DNA of 64,000 nucleotides from the human T2T-CHM13v2.0 reference genome, Homo sapiens, in NCBI RefSeq assembly GCF_009914755.1, contig NC_060936.1; one strand, given 5' to 3'. The notes below the pieces were generated by a model. That model had not been told where the DNA came from. It saw nothing but the letters and a program-made list of their open reading frames with translations, and ran no database searches. Shown here one piece after another: positions 1-16,326 of this stretch; position 1 is the first letter of the stretch, and each line of letters opens with the position of its first letter. The position numbers were made by a program, and so were the translations under genes.

Positions 1-274
1 ATGGCAGTCACATTCATCTTCAGGCAAAGCCGAGAACAGACGGCCCCTGTGTCCTGGTGTTCTTCCTCCAAACTCGCTCTCTCTCCTTCCTCTCTAGATC
101 TCTCCTTCTTCTTCTCCTGCCTGTCTTCCCCTTCTTCTGTCCCATTCTTGCTCCTCTCTGTCTCCCCTATGCCCTTCCCTCCTCTCTGAGGAGCCCTGAA
201 GGCCACCCCTTAAAATCCTCTCCCCACTGCCAGGGCCAGAGAACGACAGCGTTCTCCCTGCAATTTCCCTTCCT

Positions 275-838
275 TGTTTTTTGTTTTTGTTTTGTTTTGT
301 TTTTGAGACACAGTCTCACTCCATCACCCAGACTGAAATGCAATGGCGTGATCTCTGCTCACTGCGACCTCCGCCTCCTGCTAATTTTTGTATTTTTAGT
401 AGAGACAGGGTTTCACCATGTTGCCCAGGCTGGTCTCAAACTCTTGACCTCAAGTGATCCGCCCATCTCCGCCTCCACCTCCCAAAGTGCTGGTACTACA
501 GACGGGAGCCACTGCGCCCATCTGGTTTCCTTTCTTTCTTTCTTTTTTTTTTCTTTTGAGATGGAATCTCGCTCTGTTGCCCAGGCTGGAGTGCAGTGGC
601 GCGATCTCAGTTCACTGCAAGCTCCGCCTCCCCTGGTTCACGCCATTCTCCTGCCTCAGCCTCCTGAGTAGCTGGGACTACAGGCGCCTGCCACCACGCC
701 CAGCTAATTTTTCATATTTTTAGTAGAGACGGGGTTTCACCGCGTTAGCCAGGATGGTCTCGATCTCCTGACATCATGATCTGCCTGCTTCGGCCTCCCA
801 AAGTACTGGGATTACAGGCATGAGCCACCATGCCCGGC
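275..838 (-). mobile_element. Two adjacent antisense Alus (first has an internal deletion; second AluY-like)
   Basis: Alu consensus motifs, T-rich tails; TSD ctggtttcctttctt flanks the second. Confidence 0.9.
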
Positions 839-2795
839 CTGGTTTCCTTTCTTAACCCGGCTGCATCCCATGACCTATGAGGAAACCACCTGCTCAGTTA
901 CCAGTCACCCTGTGCCTCAGCTCCCCCATGTGTGAGAGGGGGGCCGCAAGGGCACCCACCTCACAGGGTTATAGTATCTAAGTGAGTTAATAGTCACCGT
1001 ATTTCCAATCAGTGGCTGGTGGTTAGCAAGGTGAAAAAGGTTAGCTCCCATCGGTCAGGGAGACCTCCGGGTTCTCTCATGCGGGCCAGGAGGCGGGGAA
1101 GGCCTTAGTTGCTTTTGACCTTAGGGCAATGTTGTTCTCTCATCTAAACTGCAGGCCACAAAGGTGGGTTTTCTGGGTGCTGGATTCAGACACAGAAGGC
1201 TCTGCTGAGGGGAGTGGGGTTGGCTTTCCCTCTAAGCAGATTATAAGGGTCCTACCCCGCTCCCAACTCAGCTCTCTCCCAGCTCTGAGTGAGGCTTCCC
1301 TTGGCTGTGTAGACTGTCCCAAAGTAGTTTATTTGTTTCTTTCTTCCCTCTCCCCCTGAAGGAAATCAAAGACAGGCCTCAGCCTTCTCGCTCCAGATTC
1401 CTGGGCCCTTCAACACCAGCCCTGACAGGAAGTTCTTTCACGTATCTCTCTGCAATCCTTGTGCTGGCCAGGCCCTCGGGAGATGTGGCCCCCTCCCCCG
1501 GTGCTGCTGTGGGATAGGGGCCTGGGCCCTCCTCTTCCTTTCACTTGTCCCATCCCCCATCCCCTCCCTGCAAGAGCACATCTGGTTTGTGAATCTCTCT
1601 CATTCCAGCTTTTGGAGTTTGCCAGCTGCTGTTTCCTCTGTGGAGTTCAGGCCAAAAATGGGGGTGGGGGACAGCGGGGGGGACTCAGTGAGGGCTAAAG
1701 GAGGGGGCACCATGGCTGGGATGTGGAATGGAGGGGAGGTTAGGTGACCACCCGGTGACCTCAGGCCGTGGCTGTGCGCTCTGCCCCTGGGAGGAGCAGG
1801 GCATGGACCAAGTCCCAGGTGGGTGGCACGGGGGTCTGTTTCTGGGCTCCAAACATCTCATCTGCCTCTGAGTCCCATTCCAGCCCCCCTCTTCCCCCTC
1901 AGCCGGCCACGGCTGGTCAGGGGAAGCGGACGGTTCTCCGGCATGCTAACTAGGCTGGCGGGCTGTGTTTCCCGGGAAGACCTCACAGCTGGCCCAGTGG
2001 GGCAATGAACTCAGCATTATCCACCTCCTCAAGGGGCCTTTATTCCAGGCTCAGGGTGGGGGCCAGGGGAGGGAGGCTGAAGGGGGAGCCTGGCTAGGCC
2101 ATCCTTGATGTGTTTCCTGAACTCGGTCATTTTGGCCAGGGGCCTGAGTGCCGTCTCCCCTGCCAGCGGTGGGGGTTAGGAGGGAAGACATCTCAGTGAG
2201 GCTCCCATCAGACTCCCTCCCTCCTAAGAGCCCCCCCCCCCCGCCATTTTCCTTATACTTCTGTCTCTGCCCTGCATTTGCATTAGTTGGGTACAGCTGT
2301 CTTCTCAGGCGACTCTGGCTCCTGCAGGGCAGAGGGTCATCTCACCCTCCTTGGCACCCTGATGCCTAGTGCAGTGCCTGGCATAGAGCTGGCCTTCAGT
2401 GTGTGCCAGCAGAATAGAAATGTGATGGCACAGTCTGAGGAAAAGCCACGAAAGGCCAGGAGACTGGGAGCTCAGCCTTGGGTGGGGGAGAAGGGGTGGG
2501 TGACTGTTCCTCCTGTGGAGGATGTGGTGATAGAGGTTGGGAGGAGTGGGAATTCGGAGGACTGGTGTGGATTTCACTGGTTCAGAGCTTGGAGTCAGCT
2601 TAGCTGGTTTTGTCACTTGCCAGCTATTTGACCCTGGCCAAGTCACCTGGCTCAATTTCTTCATCTGTGAAATGGTGGTATTAGTTGTCCCTATTTGTCA
2701 TACTGTGGAGGGAATTAAATATGATGATACATGGAAAAAACTGCTTTACCACAGTTCCTGGCACATACTGAGCCCACAATAAGAGTTAGTTGTCA

Positions 2796-3100
<305 letters not shown>

Positions 3101-3359
3101 TTAGTTGTCACCATTCTTAATTCCTCCTTGGGGGATGAGGGAAGAGAATGGGGTAGGAGTGGAAGAAGCCTGATTGGGGTGGGAGGGTAGGGCCAAGAGG
3201 TCCTGAATATAGTAGCTAACTAGTTGGACTGGACTGAAACCAGTTCCTAGAGTTCATTTCAGCCATCCCCCTGCCTCTGCTCCCCAATTCTGATATCTTG
3301 AAAATCTTTAGGTGCTTCTTAACTCTAAGGATGTCTACTGAAAGTCTCCCTGAGGTCTA

Positions 3360-3716
<357 letters not shown>

Positions 3717-4293
3717 CTAATACCATCTCCAACTACTACTGTGTGTGCCAAGGGCATCCCTCCCCACTGCTCCCATCTGGGGGCCTAGTGATTAGGGGTT
3801 GGGAAGGATGGGGTGATGGGTCAGGGGACCAGGAGTGTCCCAGAAGGCAGGGAAGCAGAGAGGTTAGATAAGACCAGCTCGGGGCCTCTAGTAGTAGGAG
3901 TTAGAGGAAGACAAAGAGAAAACATGTCAAGGCCTAAATGCACCCCCCTTCACCATCACTCTGTCATCAAAGCCAGGGGGTGCTGGTGTCTGATGAGAGT
4001 AACCAAGAATAGCAAAGGCTTTGACCCTGACTCCCAGGAACAGGCAGCCTAGAGGACTTGGAGGGGTGCAGTAAAATGTGCTTCTGGATCCTCCCCACCC
4101 CCACCGCAGATACACAGTGTCTAGGAACTACCCAAAGCCACCCCCTGACACCCCCAGGCACATAGACCATGGCTGAGGGTCTGGGCCAGATGGAGACTGA
4201 TGCTAGGGAAGGAAGAGCAGTACTAGGGGACTTTGGGTTCACAGAGTTGGCCTCCATCCTTCATTTATATCCCCTTTTCTTTCCTTGCCCTAG

Positions 4294-4416
4294 CCCCTAA
4301 GACTTGCAGCCCCAAGCAGTTTGCCTGCAGAGATCAAATAACCTGTATCTCAAAGGGCTGGCGGTGCGACGGTGAGAGGGACTGCCCAGACGGATCTGAC
4401 GAGGCCCCTGAGATTT
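4294..4416 (+). CDS. LRP1: LRP1 exon 2, CR1 (LDLa)
   Basis: tag|CCCCTAAG..ATTT|gtaagt, 123 nt; [40 protein letters not shown]. Confidence 0.97.
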
Positions 4417-5937
4417 GTAAGTACCTTTTCTGGATTCTTCTCCCCAAACCCTTAACTTATCCCTCTTCCTTTGGCAGATGTTTGGGAGGAGGACAGCTGA
4501 TCCCTAGCCTGATGTGGACCTTGCTCAGTGATTGTATTTGTCCATGACACAGCTAAAACTGTCCTTTACACCCCTTCAAAATGCTTGGCATGGTGCCTGT
4601 TGGGCTTAGAAATGGCACCTCAGATTTCTCCCTCAAGTGCTGCACCCCAAGACAGTGTTCTCTGGGCTGACAGCTTTGCTAGAAGATGGCCCGGCCTCCC
4701 TTTCCTTCCAGCTCTTCCCTTATTCCACCTCTCAGCCTCCCTGACCCTTGATGATTGGCCCCAGGTCTTGTCGGATCCTCAGATCTTCCTCTGTCCTTTG
4801 GCTCCCAGGCCAGAGGCCACTGGCACTTGCTCAGCCCCATACCAGAAGCCCCACCCCTGTGCTCTTCCCGCTACCCCCGCCTTCCCCTGCCCCCAGTAAG
4901 TGGTGTAATCGGAGGCAGCTGTTTTAACTGGGAGAAAGGTCCCCGCCCAGCTTTTGCCCTGCCAAGGGAAGTGGAGAACTTGTTGGTGGGACCCCAGAGT
5001 CCTGGGTAGCTGGCACAGTCCTGGTGGCTCCACTTTTAGCCTCTCCCCTGCTTGGTTAATCTGGGCCAGGGTCAAAGCGCCCCTGCATTCCTAGGTCCGT
5101 CTCTGTTCTCTCTCTTGGGCTTTATCCTGCTCCAGTCCCATCTGGTGTCCTGTCCCCACACCCCCACCCGTAATTATCAGGGGTAATTTTAGGGCTGGAA
5201 AGGGAGCCACTAGTGGGCTCTGCCTCACCCCTACACTCTGCCCTGGAGGGTGGGGGCCAGGGGTATTCAGCAAGTATATCTACGGCATGGTGCTTCAGCC
5301 TGGAGTCTCTTCTTGTCTGGTGCCACCTGCACCCCCACACTTTTGACCCTGATGCTTGGGCGTTAGAAGTAAAGAAAGCCATGCAGAAGGGTCAGATCTG
5401 CCTCTTTTTGTTCATTCTTCCTTCAATTTGCTGTAAACCTCACCTTATATGCATTACCACTCTGTTCACACTCATACCCCCCGGACTCATAACATCACAC
5501 ACAGACCCACCTGGCACTGATGAGCCCACCTCCCACCCAAAGGCACAAACACATTCTCACAGTAACACAGAGTCACACTCAAATGTGGATGCAGAAACAC
5601 ACTCTATACTCAGAGAGATGTCCCCAGACACACATACCAACATAGAGACACACACACACAAACCCAGATTGATTCACATGGAAACTCACTGAGGCCAGAT
5701 ACACCAGCATACAGAAAGACACACAGATACACTCTCACTACCTACCGCTGCATGCTATACAGCCACACCATCAGTTGTGTAAGCAGACTCCCATCCAGGC
5801 ACACATGGGTCATAGACACTGTCACTCACACACCGTGTCCAGGCTTGGGGGCCAATAGACAGTGGTCTCTCTATCTCATCCATCCTCTTGAGCAACAAAG
5901 GAAGTTGCAGAGATGATATGACCAGTTGGCCACAACC

Positions 5938-6087
<150 letters not shown>

Positions 6088-6143
6088 TGATTCTTCCCAA
6101 ATCCTTCTATCAGGCTTGTTGCTGTGGGGTTGGAAGTCTAGAA

Positions 6144-6868
<725 letters not shown>

Positions 6869-7208
6869 TCATCAAAACCTTTTACTGACCTCAGTCGTCA
6901 TCAAAAACCAGGCTGTCTTCAGCCTGTCTCCTGAGCATAGAATGTTGAGGCACTGGGGTCCATGGGAATGGGGCATTTGGAGGGTGGACTCTACTGAAGG
7001 CCTAGTTTCTACCTCCACCTGTTTGCCTACAGGTGTGTGGCTACTGTGGGGAATATTGTAAAAGAGTTCCAGGTGGAAGAGTCTAACTAGCCCCGAGGCC
7101 TCCTGAGATCTGAAACCCCAGTTTTATCTCCCCTCATCCCCAGTGAACAGCTGACCAGAGAGCCACCATAGCCAGCTTGTTCATGCCCACCCTTCTGTCT
7201 GCCCTCAG

Positions 7209-7346
7209 GTCCACAGAGTAAGGCCCAGCGATGCCAGCCAAACGAGCATAACTGCCTGGGTACTGAGCTGTGTGTTCCCATGTCCCGCCTCTGCAATGGG
7301 GTCCAGGACTGCATGGACGGCTCAGATGAGGGGCCCCACTGCCGAG
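7209..7346 (+). CDS. LRP1: LRP1 exon 3, CR2
   Basis: cag|GT..CGAG|gtaagg, 138 nt; [39 protein letters not shown]. Confidence 0.97.
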
Positions 7347-9513
7347 GTAAGGACTTTTCCACTCTCTACTCTCCCGTCTGGATGCAGCATATTATCAGCC
7401 CACCTTCCGAGGACTGTCCTGGCACCTTCAGTGGGGATGAGGCCTTGTCCTGGTCCCCTGCCTAGATTTACCTTCAGAGAGCAGATGAAATTGATGTGCC
7501 CCTTGGGCCTGGAGCTTGGTCAGACAGCCCTGTGGGCCTCAGCCGTGGGCTGTAGCCTGGGCACTTCCCTCTGGCTATGTGTTCTTGGACTAGTCACTAC
7601 CTCTCTCCAGGTGGCAGTTTTTCTTCTGTAAGATGAGAGATCAGTGTTTTCATACTTTTTTAAAAATAGTATGATCCTTTCTTCAAAAGGTTTTCTGCAT
7701 GAAACCTGAGTGTGAACACAGGGAGGAGCAGAGGTGCTGTGACTAAAGCTTAGCCATCTAGTTTAGTCCACCTGCCGCCCCTACGGGTGCCCTAGAAGGC
7801 ATCCCCCAGGAGCTGCAGATCTTTGAGGGGCCCTAAATCTGCCTTGGTCCCTCCCTCTCTGACAGTCTAGACTGTCTGAGGTGGTTGATAGGAAAGCCAT
7901 CCAGGCCGAGGTGGGAACATTAGGATGACAAGTCAGACTGCTTCCAGCCTGTGGCTCAGGTCACCAGCTCTACAGTCTTTCCCCCAAAGGGCCCTGTGGG
8001 CCATGGAGAGTCCGGTCACAGCGTGAGCATTTAAGAGTCGTGTCCGGGGAGGCAGAGCCTCAAGCCTGCGTGTTAGGGAATAGTGGCTTCTCCCTTCTCT
8101 TTTCTTCGGGGTCTGGGCCCGGAGCAAGAGGCCAGCTTTGAGAGGCCATGAGCGTAGCCCTAGGGGAGGGGCTGTGCTTGGGTGTGGGGGCAGTGTCCTG
8201 TGCTGTGTGCCTGAGAAAACATCTGTCTGTGGGAGGAGACTCATCTGGATCCTGTTCACTAGGAGCAGGGAGGATGGAGCAAAGGAGTTTGTGGAAGATT
8301 TTTCTCCCTTTCTTTGGTTGATTTTGCATGTTTTCATCTGAAGCTCCTGGGACGGGATGCAGAATGCGGGCCTGGGGGCTGACTTAAATGACCACGCGCA
8401 CCCCTTCCTCTCGTGTGGTGTGTGTTCAAGCTTACTTCCTTTTGAGTACCTTTACAGTCTCTAAAACAACAGAGAACTTCAAAAACCTCAGGTCTGAATT
8501 TCCTTCTCTGATATTACAGAAATCGGCCTCCTCATTCCCTCACCCTATATCCAGAAAAGTTACTCTTTTCTAGGTTTTCCAGAGCAAATGATATTTTCCC
8601 CCTCTGTGGAGAAAGGCTGGGCAGGCAGCATGAATGGCTCTCGGGTGGAAGTGGGGAGGAGAAAGAATCGCTGGGGCCTGGCCCCCCATCCCAACTCTTC
8701 CTGGCAGGCTTAGTGCCTCTAAACGTCTTAGCATCTTGGGCGGCTCTCTCTCCTAGGTGGGGGTGGAGTGGGAAGCCAGGGTGTGAGGCCGCTGGACAAA
8801 GGGGTCTTTGTGGCCAGGCTGCCTGGCCCCACGCAAGGCCATTAACTGGGTCGCTGGTCTGGGGGGGCAACTGCTCTCCCACCTCTCCCCCCTCCTGTCT
8901 CATTCCCTTCTGTCTCCCCTGTGGAAGTGGGTCAGTGGCAGGAGAAAGATTAGAAAAGAATCCAGAGGGGACCAGTTTTGCTCCTCCTTCCTGTCCTCTA
9001 CCTGGGCCTTAGGCCTTCTCTCTGAGGCCTCTAGGGCTCCGGGGATGGGTTAGACAGGTGCTTCCAGGCCAGAGCTGGGATCCTGTGGGGACAGACACGA
9101 TTCCATGCCCACTTTTCAGCCCCAGCTGAAGCCAACATTGTAATCCCCAGGCAGTGTAGATGAGAGGCATATCAAAGGGATAAGACTCACCATCCCCTCT
9201 TCCTGTTGACCCCAACAAAGTGCCAGAACCCCTCTCCATGGGGACAGAGGTAGCCCAGAACATCCAGAACAGAGACATGTGGGTTCTAAGCCATCACTGG
9301 CTGTGTGACCTTGGGCTTGTCTTATAGCCTCTCTGGGCTTCAGTTTCTTCACTTGTGAAATATGGTAGATGCTTCCTAAGGCCCTTCTGTCTCTGACACT
9401 GCAGCCCTTAGAAGTGGTTTCTGAAGGTTGACTGGGTTTAGGGGAAGGTTGTGGCCTGCGTGGAGCTGCCAGATCTGGCGGCCTGAATATGTGTCTCTCC
9501 TGCCCCCACACAG

Positions 9514-9633
9514 AGCTCCAAGGCAACTGCTCTCGCCTGGGCTGCCAGCACCATTGTGTCCCCACACTCGATGGGCCCACCTGCTACTGCAACAGCAGCT
9601 TTCAGCTTCAGGCAGATGGCAAGACCTGCAAAG
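9514..9633 (+). CDS. LRP1: LRP1 exon 4, EGF-like 1
   Basis: 120 nt; [39 protein letters not shown]. Confidence 0.97.
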
Positions 9634-9829
9634 GTATGTGAGTGCATGTGCCTGTGTGCATGTGTGTGTGCCAGTAGCCAGTTGAGGTGGGCAGGGAGGG
9701 GCAGAGAGGGGTAGGGGGCCTGGCTGGAATAAGAAACTAGAAGGAAGGTGCAAGAGAGGGGGTGCCACCACCCCAGGGCATGACTGTGAGCCCTAACCAT
9801 TTGCTTCCACTAGACTTCTAAAAATTCAC

Positions 9830-10964
<1,135 letters not shown>

Positions 10965-11009
10965 TAACTAAGCCCCCTCAATGCTGTTCCCTGGTGGGTG
11001 GTGGCCTGA

Positions 11010-11363
<354 letters not shown>

Positions 11364-14300
11364 TAGGGGAGACAGGGAAGGTGGACCCTATCTTGAACAG
11401 AGGCCGGGAGTTACACAGGATGGTCCTGTCTGGGGCAGGAGAAGCAGGAGGCTGGATACAATGGTGTGTGTTTGAGGCAGGGGCAGAGCCACCGGCACGC
11501 TCCCTCCCAGCTCTCTGAGCAAGTGTCTGGATGGCCCCTGCATTTCTGGCCAAGGGCTGAGGGGGCAGTGAATGGTCAATCTCCAGAGACCAGGGACTGT
11601 CCCTTCTCTGAGAGGGGAGTGTTGACTAGACTGCAGAGGGACTTTCCGGTGCAGTGGGAGCCAAGGCTAGGGAAAGAAGGAGCGGAAGCCTGAGGTGCCC
11701 TGTTAGGCTGCAGCTGAGGGTAAAGGAGCTGGGGCCCAGCTGCTCTGTCTCCATGGGCCATCGTTTCCCTCGGGGACCATTGCCAATGGACTCTCTGCTG
11801 CCATCGGGGGAGGGCAGTACTGAGGTTATTTCTCTGTGGCTTTGTGGCAGTGAATGAGGCTGGGAGAGGAGCGTGAGCCACATGAGATTTTAGAATATCC
11901 TGGATGCTTCCATTCAGGCTTCTCCCTAGGCTACACTTTTGCTATCCTAGTTGTGGAAGAAGGGGTGTCACAGAAAGGGGCACGAGCATAGCTGGGTGTA
12001 GACCCACTGCCGGGAACAGCCCTGCCCATCTCAGAGGCTGTTACACCAGCAACCTTAAAAGTCAACATCTGGCAGCATCACATTTCCAAAGAAATGCACC
12101 ACAGGGCTGAGAGGAAGAATCTGGCCTGTGGTTGATCTGACCCCCTAAGGGAGATTAACTTGATCTGTAACTGTTTAGTAAACCAGAATTCCCATCTCTG
12201 CCTTGGTTTCCTAATCTGCATAATGGGTTTGAGCTTGTCTGTCTAGATCAGATTAACTGGAGTGAAAGCCAGTGGTAAAGGACAGCACACTTTGAAGTTG
12301 AGGATTGTGAACCTTGGGCCTCTCTAGAAGATCTTCAAGTTTCTTTATTTGGTTCTTGTGATGAAAAGAAAGATCCCAGGAGGTTACAAGGGATTCATTC
12401 TGGGAGAGAGAAAGGCCCCTCCCCGGGATGGTGGCGAGCAGGGGTTCCTCTGAGAGCCCTCACTCTCCGTGGCCTCAGCGTAAGGTTCACATTTCTGCCT
12501 TTGGCTCCTCCAGAGCATCCCTGATAGCGTCCTTGGGCTGCTGCTGTCCACAGCTCACCTGTGATCAGACATGTGTCCTCCTTGGGGTGCTGAGCTGGGG
12601 GCTGTCAAGCCTGGTTGGCTGAGCTCTTAACGAGTGGGCGACTCAGGGAACCCCATGGCTGATGGGGTGGGATTGGTGCTAGACCCTCTTGTGCAGCTGC
12701 CCTCCCCCTGTTCCTTGTCCACTGACCTACTCAACAGGCCTGTCTGGGCAGACAGCTTGTCAGTTTCCTCCCCAGCCCTGCATCTTGCCATACAGTGGGC
12801 TTCTGGGTAGGTGGCTATGGGGTGTCCTGGAGGTAACCTTCTCAACTTCTACTCTGGCCTCATCTCCTTATCTGACTTCCTCCCCAGGAGAAGCTGGTAG
12901 CCCTCCCTTGGCAAACAGATTTGCCTTGCCTCCCAGTCTGCTAAACTCACTGGGCCTCTCAGGGGCAGAGTCCAGGAGGCTAGAAGAGTCCAAGGGGAAA
13001 TGCTTGTGGGGTAAATGAGTGGGTTTCTCTCATCCCAGCTTCTGTCCCTTCCTCCCTGCCCTCCCCCTGCTCCACGTCCCTGCCGCCTGAATGTCTGGCT
13101 GTCACCCTGAGGATGGTTGTTTTGCTCTCTCCCACAAACTAATTATGGGTCCCAAACTGAGGACGTCAGTGTCTCTCCCCTAGCCCCTCCCCCAGTTTCT
13201 GGGTCATCCCCCTCCCCAGGAGATGCTGACTGGCCTGCCCTGGTGTGTAGGGTGGCTGGTCCCAGGCACTCACCTGCACAGTGGCTGCTGGCCTGTAATT
13301 AGCTCCCCAAGGAGGACGAAGAAGAAAGGCTGCAGCTTTCCCCTGCTTTCACTCTGCCCTCCAGGGCAGCCCTCCCTGCAAGCCTTCCATTCTGTGCTGT
13401 GACTGTGACCTCTGTTGGACCCCTGGGGCTGAGCCTCATGCAGCAGGGGTGCACACAGAGGGAGGAGTCTGACAATTGAGGGGTGTTCGAGCCAGCGAGG
13501 CCAGCCCGCTGGTGCAGGCAGAAGGGGGAGCCTGCCCCAGAGAAAACTCTGGAAGCAGAAATAGAATAGAAAGAAGGAAGGAGGCCAGGAAATGAGCCTG
13601 GTTCACATGTGTCCTGGGCCATGTGAGTCAGACCTGTTGTGGAGTCCTGAGAGCCCCCGAGGGCCCCCCTGAGGCCCTGCAGTGTGTGAACATTCCTCTT
13701 CAATGCCCCAGGGCTGCTGACCCTCCTGCCTCAGGCCCAGTGTTATCCCCCTGGATTGGGTGGGTCATCTCTTTTCCTCCCACCTGAGATTACCTCCCCC
13801 TCCCCTCTGCCGCTGGCCCAGTGGTTTGGGGAGGTCTATGAGGCTCGAATTCCAAGACCAGAGAACTCCATGGTGAGAGCCGGAAGAGAAGGCAAGACCC
13901 TTGGCCAGTACCAAGAGCAGCCCTGGCTTTCACTACTGCTTTCTCAAAGGGGCTATGCATTGATTTGATTTTAGATGGTACCTGGACAAGCTTTTTTTTT
14001 TTTTTTTTAACTGTTATAGTTACGTTTTTATTTGATATGCATTAGGAAACTCCTGTAACTAGCACATCAAATCTGTTACTTCAGCAATTGTTTAGCATGC
14101 AGCGAAATAAGAAAAGTAAGTTAATTGAAATAACTGGTAATAAACAGTAGCGCAAGCTGTACATAAGCATGGTAGACATTTTGAAAGTGATACACAAAAG
14201 ACTAAAGTTCTGAAAATTGAGGCCCAGAGGGATCAACAGGCCTGATAGTCCCTTAGTCAGGAACCAGGCCTGCGCACTCTCACCCCCACCTCTGACCAGT

Positions 14301-14815
14301 CTCTCAGCTCCAGAGGCCTATGGAGCCTGTAACCCAGCTTTGTCCAGCCTCCTGCCAGGCTGCCCCTGGGCAGGCCTGGTGGTGCAGTCTACCGACCCCA
14401 GCCCAGCCCTGCATTTCCTAAGCTGAGCTCCTCTGATCTGTATTCCCTTCACCTTGGAGGATGCCACCACTGTAGAAAGAATGAGGCAGACTGCAAGATT
14501 GGGGTCCTGGGAACATGGGTGTGTATGGTGAGGGGAGGTTCTGAGGTTGTAAATAGAGGCCTTGAAGGAAATCGGGTTTGCTGAAGTCACTCAGGAGTTT
14601 GGACTGTGTGTGAAAGGATGGTCTGAAGGGGCTCTCAGAGGTCTCAGGGTTCCCCTCCCTGCACCATGCTGCATGGGGAAGAAGGAGGTGGCTGGGGAGC
14701 TCAGCAAAGGGCCCCTAGGCTGCAGGCAGCAAGGTTGCGAAATGGGTCCCAGGTCCAGCTGGCCAACTTCACTTTTCCCTTCCTCTCCCTTTCTTTTATT
14801 TATTTATTTTTTTAG

Positions 14816-14853
14816 TGTGTGTGTTTTCGAAATCACAACAGGAAATGGGGTAG
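14816..14853 (+). CDS. LRP1: Coding part of an alternative last exon in intron 6 (short 292-aa LRP1 isoform)
   Basis: Long U-rich tract then tttag| at 14815; joined to exon 6 reads LCVFSKSQQEMG-stop; AATAAA at 15868-15873; matches my recall of a curated short isoform. Confidence 0.8.
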
Positions 14854-15867
14854 TGATTTGTCTAGAGGGGAGGCAAAGAAGGGGCAGACAGCAGTCCCTC
14901 TGAGTCTAATGAACTGGCTGCTGCTGCTGGAAGGGGTGCTACCTCCCCACTGTGCTGGGCACCCCTGGACCCTCTCAGCCTCCCACCCTGCCTACAAAGC
15001 ACTTCCAGACTTCACATGTGAAAGCTAACCATGCCCATCCTTGGCCTTTCTGACCCATGGGATGCCAGGCTGTTTGGGGAGGGGTGGCTCTAGCCACCCC
15101 ACTCTTTGGCCTTAGGCCCCCTGCATCCTGGCACTTTTGCTTCCCATTCCTGTTCTGAGTTTCCTAATCATTTAACAGCTCACTCTTGCTCCTCCTCTCT
15201 CCTGGCCCGGGCCAGCCCTGTGTCTCCCGGCCCAGATCCAGCCCTGTCCTCTCCTCCCCCGCTGTCTCCTTGAAATTGCCTCTCCACCCAGACTGCTCCC
15301 AGCACTCCCCTTGCTGTTTTCAAGCCAAAGGAAGTAACTTAAGCAAGAGAGATGTGTTTTAGAGCCCGGCAAGGATTTCTCAATAGAGGGAAGACCCTAA
15401 GATGGGCTGAGTGGAATCCAGGCATCATCCCTGGGATCTAGGTCGAAATGCCTCTTGGGGACCTAAGCCAGGCAGGGGAAGGTAGCAGGACATAACCACA
15501 GGCTGGAATCACAGGCAGGAGCAGGAAGAGAGCCCAGGAGAACGAGGTGACACAACACGGCTAAGCTCCAGACTGGCTGGTGGAAGGAAGAGCTGAAGTC
15601 GGGACCCAGCAGGAAACAAGGAGCATGAGGCCACATCGTTTAGCAGAGCTTCTGCCAGGCTCGCCAGGAGGTCTCCTTCCCACCTTCGAAGTCCTCAGAC
15701 TCTCCGCCATCTCTCCCAGGCCCAGGCGAGATCCCTGAGTAGGATTACTAGACAGACTGTCCTCTCCCACTGTCTTGGAGTGTCCCAAGGCCAGAGAGGC
15801 AGGATCCTGGCAGTAGAAGAGAGGGGGAAAATGATGTCCCAGCTCTAGAACAACAGACTCAGTCTTC

Positions 15868-15873
15868 AATAAA
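15868..15873 (+). terminator. AATAAA poly(A) signal for the intron-6 terminal exon, in an L2-like 3' end
   Basis: ttcAATAAAtatttgttcaatgga followed by GU-rich tgtgtgtc. Confidence 0.55.
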
Positions 15874-15974
15874 TATTTGTTCAATGGATCAATACATGTG
15901 TGTCAGACGCCTGAGACAAAGACAAAAGGCAGCGCTCTCCTTACAGTATTTGCAGTCAGGTGAAGAGGCCATGA

Positions 15975-16326
<352 letters not shown>

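Noticed and set aside
57-723. 204-aa and 89-aa ORFs, and similar ones at 6428, 15996, 29129, 37916
   Set aside because: Antisense Alu translations
14139-14144. AATAAA in an AT-rich, DNA-transposon-like block in intron 6
   Set aside because: No upstream exon can be tied to it from sequence alone
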